Shown: positions 58,826-64,000 of the stretch, in pieces
Layout of the letters: each line of letters starts with the position of its first letter
How positions within the stretch are numbered: position 1 is the first letter of the stretch
Assembly: GCA_000708835.1 (NCBI GenBank)
Contig: DF236968.1
Location: 310,001 to 374,000 of the forward strand
DNA from: Klebsormidium nitens
Taxonomy: Eukaryota; Plantae; Klebsormidiophyceae
DNA: 64,000 nt
Direction: 5' to 3'
Translations under genes and position numbers: made by a program
Notes under the pieces: model-generated
The model's input: the letters and a program-made list of their open reading frames with translations, nothing else
Databases searched by the model: none
What the model was told of the DNA's origin: nothing

Positions 58826-61329
58826 ATGGCAGCGCCTGAGGGGAGGGCCATCCAGGGTCAATGTTTTTGCACTGCTGTAAAGTTTGAGATCGCAGCTGGT
58901 GTAGAGCCTGCTTTTCAGGTGAGGTATGACTATTGATACAATGATAAGTTTGAGTTCGTAAAACTTATGCATGTTGTTTAACTCTTAATATAGCGGTTCA
59001 TTCGTAACCACTTTTTTGTCGGTGGGGTGTTTTGGCAACAAGATGACACACTGTGGTGGTGCGCATGATCTTCGAAATTGATCACAAGAAATCTTTGAGA
59101 AAAGGTGCCAGGTCTTATGCATAAGCTCAACTCTGCACTGTGCCAAGCTGAAAGGAAGCTCAACTCGAAGGTTGATGTAATCTCAAGAGCCCTTCCTCCT
59201 GCCCTTCCTTCCTTGCTCCTCAAACTGTTCAGAATGAAAGGCCATCAAGCACAAGCTCAATTTTGCACTGTGCCAAGGTGAAACACATCTTGACTCAAGT
59301 TGAATCGATCTCAAGAGGCTCCCTTCCTCAGTCCTTCAAGTGTCCGGAAAGAAAACCCCAAAAGTGTACACTAATCCTATCGACGAAGGGCAGGAAAACC
59401 AAGCGCCTGAACTTAACAGTCTGCAAGACATTCTTTTGTCAGGCGTATTGCCACTGCCGTTCCTGCCAATGCTACCATTCTGCCCCCTTCATCGCCGTTG
59501 TGGGTTTCCCCATCAAGGTGGATCACGGCTTTGCTGACAAGGAGGGAAGGTGAGTAGTCACGCATCCTCTCAGATGCTCAGGTCGTGGAGCTTTGCTGTT
59601 GCTTGGTGTTATTGATGTTCGATTAGTGAGTGTTTCCTTAATGTCATGAATGCGCTTCTTAGGAAGCCGCAATTGCCTGATGGCGCAAGAGAGAGGCTTC
59701 TCTGCTTGCATGCCATACTAGCGGGTTCTGCAAAGGTACAGGCATGCGGTTTGGGGAAGGATCAAAATTTACTGCGACAAGATACGGGTACAACAGTGTG
59801 ACTTTCAGTAGAAGGTGATTCTGTGTGAGTGTGACTTCCAGGTTGAAGTTCACGGAAGGCGCTGATCTGGTGACGTCGTACAATCACTCGCATCACGGCG
59901 CGCCCCGTAGGATGTTCTGTAAACGGTGAGTTCTGGGAGAAACGACGTTACTCCGCAAGGATGGTCTTTTACAGATTGCGTTGAGTGGCTGAATAAGATT
60001 GCGTTTGAAACTATTGGGGTTGCCGGTTGGATAGAGGCCGTGATTTGTCTGAGAGTAGCATATATTGAACTAGACACAAGGTCTTGCTCGATCATCTAGA
60101 TTGGAGCAAAAACTCTAGTTTGACTAGCTCATTGGTTCACAAATATGTCAGTCACGTATGCTGAACGCAAGAGCTTTACAGCTCCGCCACGTCCTGTGTA
60201 CTTTGGCACGTTGAGAGCCGTTTCTTCCATCAGGAACAGAAAGGCGGGTGATGATAGTGACGAATTTGTTGCAGGATGTGGGCGGAAGCTGACTCCTTGT
60301 TTTCTGTGATCTAAGATGGATCGATAAGCTTACAAACCAAGAAGGTATTCGCTCGAAGCGGATACCAGACTAGGCAGGTGGCGAAATCACAAAGCCCACA
60401 GTACCCCAACAAACAAGCTGAAAAGCCAATAAATCTCGAAGAAGTCGAAGTTCACTCCCTAACTTCGGCGGACGCCAAACCTCTTTGTAAGCTTGATGAA
60501 TTCTTACGGACACCCGCCATACAGATGCAGCACGTCTTTCCATACAGAAGGCAGACCTTCCTTTTCTACACACAGGTGCGGTGCGGCCCTCGCAAACGTT
60601 CTCGACGAGGGCATCTTCGTCACCTTCCCCCGAGTCATTGCAAAGGGCGGCTTCACATTCAAGTGAGTTTCCGTCTTCCTTTGTAAAAAAAAGCTAAAAC
60701 CTAGTAAAAAACGAACGCACTCACTCCCTATCGGGAGCCAAGAACCACTCTCCTTCGGGGAGTGGACTGACTGCGTTAGTGGCTGACGTCATATGAAGGG
60801 GCGCGGAGGTGGGACTGGGGAAGGGGGTGATGGGGCCAACGTCATGCTTTTTTGCAAAGGTAAGGAAGAGGTGGTGTAGACCATACAAGCCCAGGCAAGA
60901 CGTGTGCTGAGGGCAATCCGCTTTGCTGCCGCTGAGAATTGTCATCCCGGTTGTAGAGAGTCGTCTCTCGTCCTCGACAAGAGAACTCTTGTTCGTGTAC
61001 TGTCCAGTAAGCACCTTATACAAGGCCTCTCGCTTGTGCTCTTTCTAGCTTGTTTTCTGACACACTGACCATGCGCTTGTGCATGTGACCACTCGACAAC
61101 TGCCGAACACTCTCCGCAAATGTATTAGATTGCCGAATTGTTCCGGCTGTTGAGCTCAAATGATGACGGTGCGCCCTTAACGTTGCAAGTGTCAGGCAGG
61201 CCCCAGTTTCATGGGTTTTATGGCGACACGGTGTTTCCATTTCCGGACGGCCTGCCAAAGTACAGCGGCTTTGGCAAGGGCGACCGACTGGACGAGGGCA
61301 GCCCCTCGAAGGAGTACAGGTTCGACTAA
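58826..61329 (+). CDS. GFA / CENP-V (Mss4-like) zinc-binding protein
   Basis: Phase-consistent exons 58826-58918 (IQGQCFCTAVKF), 59443-59549 (YCHCRSCQ..HSAPF), 59842-59925 (RMFCKR), 60576-60662 (CGAAL), 61200-61329 (PQFHGFY...DGLPKY...*). Contains the CxC, CxCxxC and CxxC Zn motifs of the GFA family. Confidence 0.9.
59121..59330. repeat. Intronic tandem direct repeat, ~130-nt period
   Basis: AAGCTCAACTCTGCACTGTGCCAAGCTGAAA...ATCTCAAGAGCCCTTCCTC versus AAGCTCAATTTTGCACTGTGCCAAGGTGAAA...ATCTCAAGAGGCTCCCTTCCTC. Confidence 0.8.
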
Positions 61330-62657
61330 CTTGAAACAGGGACTTCAGGATGTTTCAGATAATCACATCCTTAGCTACCAAGCCTGCTTCCATGATCTGT
61401 ACTCGATGTTGGATGTTGAGATTCAGTTGTAACGGCGACGTATAGGATTTGCTTTTAGTGAAAGTTAATTGACGAGCTCTAGATCGGAGTCCCAGTGATA
61501 GCTTGCGGCATGCACTTGTTGCTCAGACTGATTTTAACGTTGCAAGGTAATCCACAAACATCGAGAGCGTAGAAAAGTAGCACGGGATCGCGGTCGATCG
61601 GATCTCCCGATGTTTTCAGAGCTAGCCTGCGGGATGCCCAGCCATCTGCGGTCGAGCGGAGGACACGCAGAAACGTGCTTTCTGCTTCAAATGACCATGG
61701 GAGCGCCTATAAGTTATTCAATTGCACTATTCCCATTGCATACGTGTACATTCTCAATCATGTGTGTACTGAATGGCAGGATCGCCGCGTCGAGTATCAT
61801 AGATATCGATTCCAATATGGTTGTCCGCTGCTGATTAAGGTTGCCGCATGTGCCGCCATGCAATAACATGATCTCAGATCTATATGAGCGCAAATGCAAT
61901 TGTGCAAACTGGCGGCAGCGAAGGACCGCGAGGCCGCCTGGCTCTTCGATCAGAATCTAGACACAAGTCAGGATCCAAAGAGAATCCAACTGTAGAACGG
62001 TCAATCAAGTAGTACCGCCGTACTAGTTCGACCTTCAAAATAGGTAGTGCATGCATATGTGCTTGCAGTGATGCATGTGATGCGCGTACATACACGCACC
62101 AAGATCGGATAGGTATACATGTCAATTATACAGTAGTCCCGCGCATGCGTGTCATGTGACATGTGTCGGGAGCTGAGATGCATATGTGCGGCGATGCGCC
62201 TCCGTGTACGAGCATCTCAAGGTGCATGAAAATCTAGCTATTTGAACGTGCCCGGGCCCCATACTACGATCTTCCAGCTCCGAACTGCAGACGGCAACGG
62301 CCGGCCTTTTACAGAATTTCTAGCTCGATGCAGAGGAGCTGCGGATTTTAGGTACTGACAGATTCGTGCGCAATGATCGTCTTACATGCGTTTCGAGAAT
62401 CATCATGTTCAGGGTCTCTCTGATGTACAGCAGTGTGCGGCACAGACGCCCCTGCGTTTCACCGAGGCACGAACAGTGAAAATATCGGGCGATCTTAAGC
62501 TCGTCAGGCTATCAACGAGTGGAAGGTTGACTTCTGTGATCCAACAGAGGATCTGGAATCACTTTATCGTCTATCCGCCTTCATATGGAGCATCTAAATC
62601 AGAGAGTCCCGCATCTTCGAATGCTCGTCGCCGCTGCTTGCACTGCACACAAGCAGT

Positions 62658-63063
62658 TTAGCGTTGCCCAATCAAAATTGACGCCTCGAACCCCCGCTGT
62701 ACTGGTTCCATGACAAGCTGGAAGGACCAAGCTGACAAAACTGGGCCGCTAAGCACTTCAGCTTCAACAAGCCTGCCAAAGATCCGGGAGGTCATCATAC
62801 ACGGCCGTTGTCGGCTTGACAGCTCATCGATACATCCCACAATGTCAAGCGCACGAAGGTTTGGCTCGTGGGACAAGACAGGAGTCCATTGCTCCCTCCG
62901 AAATACCTTTCCGCAACGCGCAGAACGACACAGTTTCTGAATGACACTGGCAAAGCAATCCCTCGTAACTGGAGAAGAGCACGCCACCCGGAGCGTCCCG
63001 ACCTCGCATGGCTGGCCACTGAAGTATACCAACAACCTTCCTTCTTTCGCAGGATGCACTATT
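62658..63063 (-). CDS. Possible terminal exon of a gene continuing beyond the window
   Basis: The 133-aa ORF has a plausible acceptor (GAATAG at ~63063) and an LRR-like stretch, PNLRALDIVGC. No partner exon was identified. Confidence 0.25.
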
Positions 63064-64000
63064 CATAGAAGAGACATGCAATTGTTAGTTGAGAGACAGG
63101 CGGGAGCGGATTCGGCATTCTGAGTAGGTCCCAACCTCTAGACGGACCAGATTCTAACCTGAGAGCACCGTCCGCAATGCAGCGGCCGTCCGACCATGCA
63201 GCTGTAGGAGAGGCGGTACGGGACGCCCGACGAGGCGCCCGACCGGATGACGTCAGCTTTGCTCAGATGACTGCGGCGTAAGGAGAGGAAGGTTTAAGCT
63301 TCTATTCGCTCGGAAACATTAGCAGAACTCGTTTTTGAGCCTACAAGGAGAAACTCTGCGTGTCTCTCCACTGGGCACGGAAGTCGGTTGAGGGGCAACG
63401 TCAATAGTTTCCAGGCCCACAAACAGTCCATTGGGGTACTGCAAGGTTGGCCTTGCATCATTCGACCTGGGACGATGACTTTGTCAAGCACCTCAAAAGC
63501 CCAAAACCTACGATCGAAACACGCGAATAATACTGAATAATACGCTGAACTCAATCCTTTCGTTTTGAATCTCATTGAGGTTCTGAGGTTCGCTTGAGAT
63601 TTTGACCTCCTTTGAGGCCTTTTTGACCTTTAAATGACAGAACGAGATTTGCATGCTACAGTGCAAGGTGGAAGACGTTTCAGGGCCCTTCCAAACTTCA
63701 CCGCGACAGAGGCGACTCATGAAGTGGTGACATTTCAAGTTAGTTGCAAAGATTATCAGATGCCGTATCAGGCGACAGACCCCTCTGATTGGGTGACACT
63801 AAAAAGACTGAGGGATCAGGATGAGGGTTACGAAAGTTGGGGAGCGGTTACTCACTCCAAGGGCGTCTCAACGGATAGAGGGGGAGTCAGAGATGTGGTG
63901 AGCCGCCGGAAGTTGGTCAGAAAGTCCTCGGACGAGCTGAACAGGAGGAGGTCAATACGTCGTTACGTAAAGGGGTGAGGTCGATTCAGAAAGCTTGTCA

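Noticed and set aside
63634-63978. 114-aa plus-strand ORF at the window edge
   Set aside because: It has no recognisable domain and starts at a non-ATG codon. The context is cut off by the window end.

Overview
Intron-rich eukaryotic nuclear DNA with GT-AG introns and plant-like genes. A streptophyte green alga such as Klebsormidium is the best fit; this is an inference from the gene set and the F-A-A-R NIP, not a database result. I reconstructed 11 spliced genes by hand from splice sites, reading phase and family motifs. In order: a 5'-truncated GH9 endoglucanase with a long Pro/Thr linker and two unassigned 8-Cys modules (+); a type II membrane PAPS-dependent sulfotransferase-like protein (-); an orphan type II membrane protein (-); a very large disordered, repeat-containing coiled-coil protein (+); a GT17/GnT-III-like glycosyltransferase (-); a NIP aquaporin with an ancestral F-A-A-R filter (+); an Mpv17/PMP22 protein (-); organellar ribosomal protein bL12 (+); a conserved DUF4864-like, probably plastid protein (-); ALG12 mannosyltransferase (+); very-long-chain enoyl-CoA reductase (-); and a GFA/Mss4-like Zn protein (+). 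The most notable signals are (i) the tandem 8-Cys module on the GH9, (ii) a recurrent pattern in which exon edges, with their splice sites or stop codon, are tandemly 'echoed' into adjacent non-coding DNA in at least six genes, often leaving decoy acceptors that lead to premature stops, and (iii) a carbohydrate-sulfotransferase-like gene lying among other glycan-related genes. I found no supportable tRNA, rRNA, CRISPR array or autonomous transposon.
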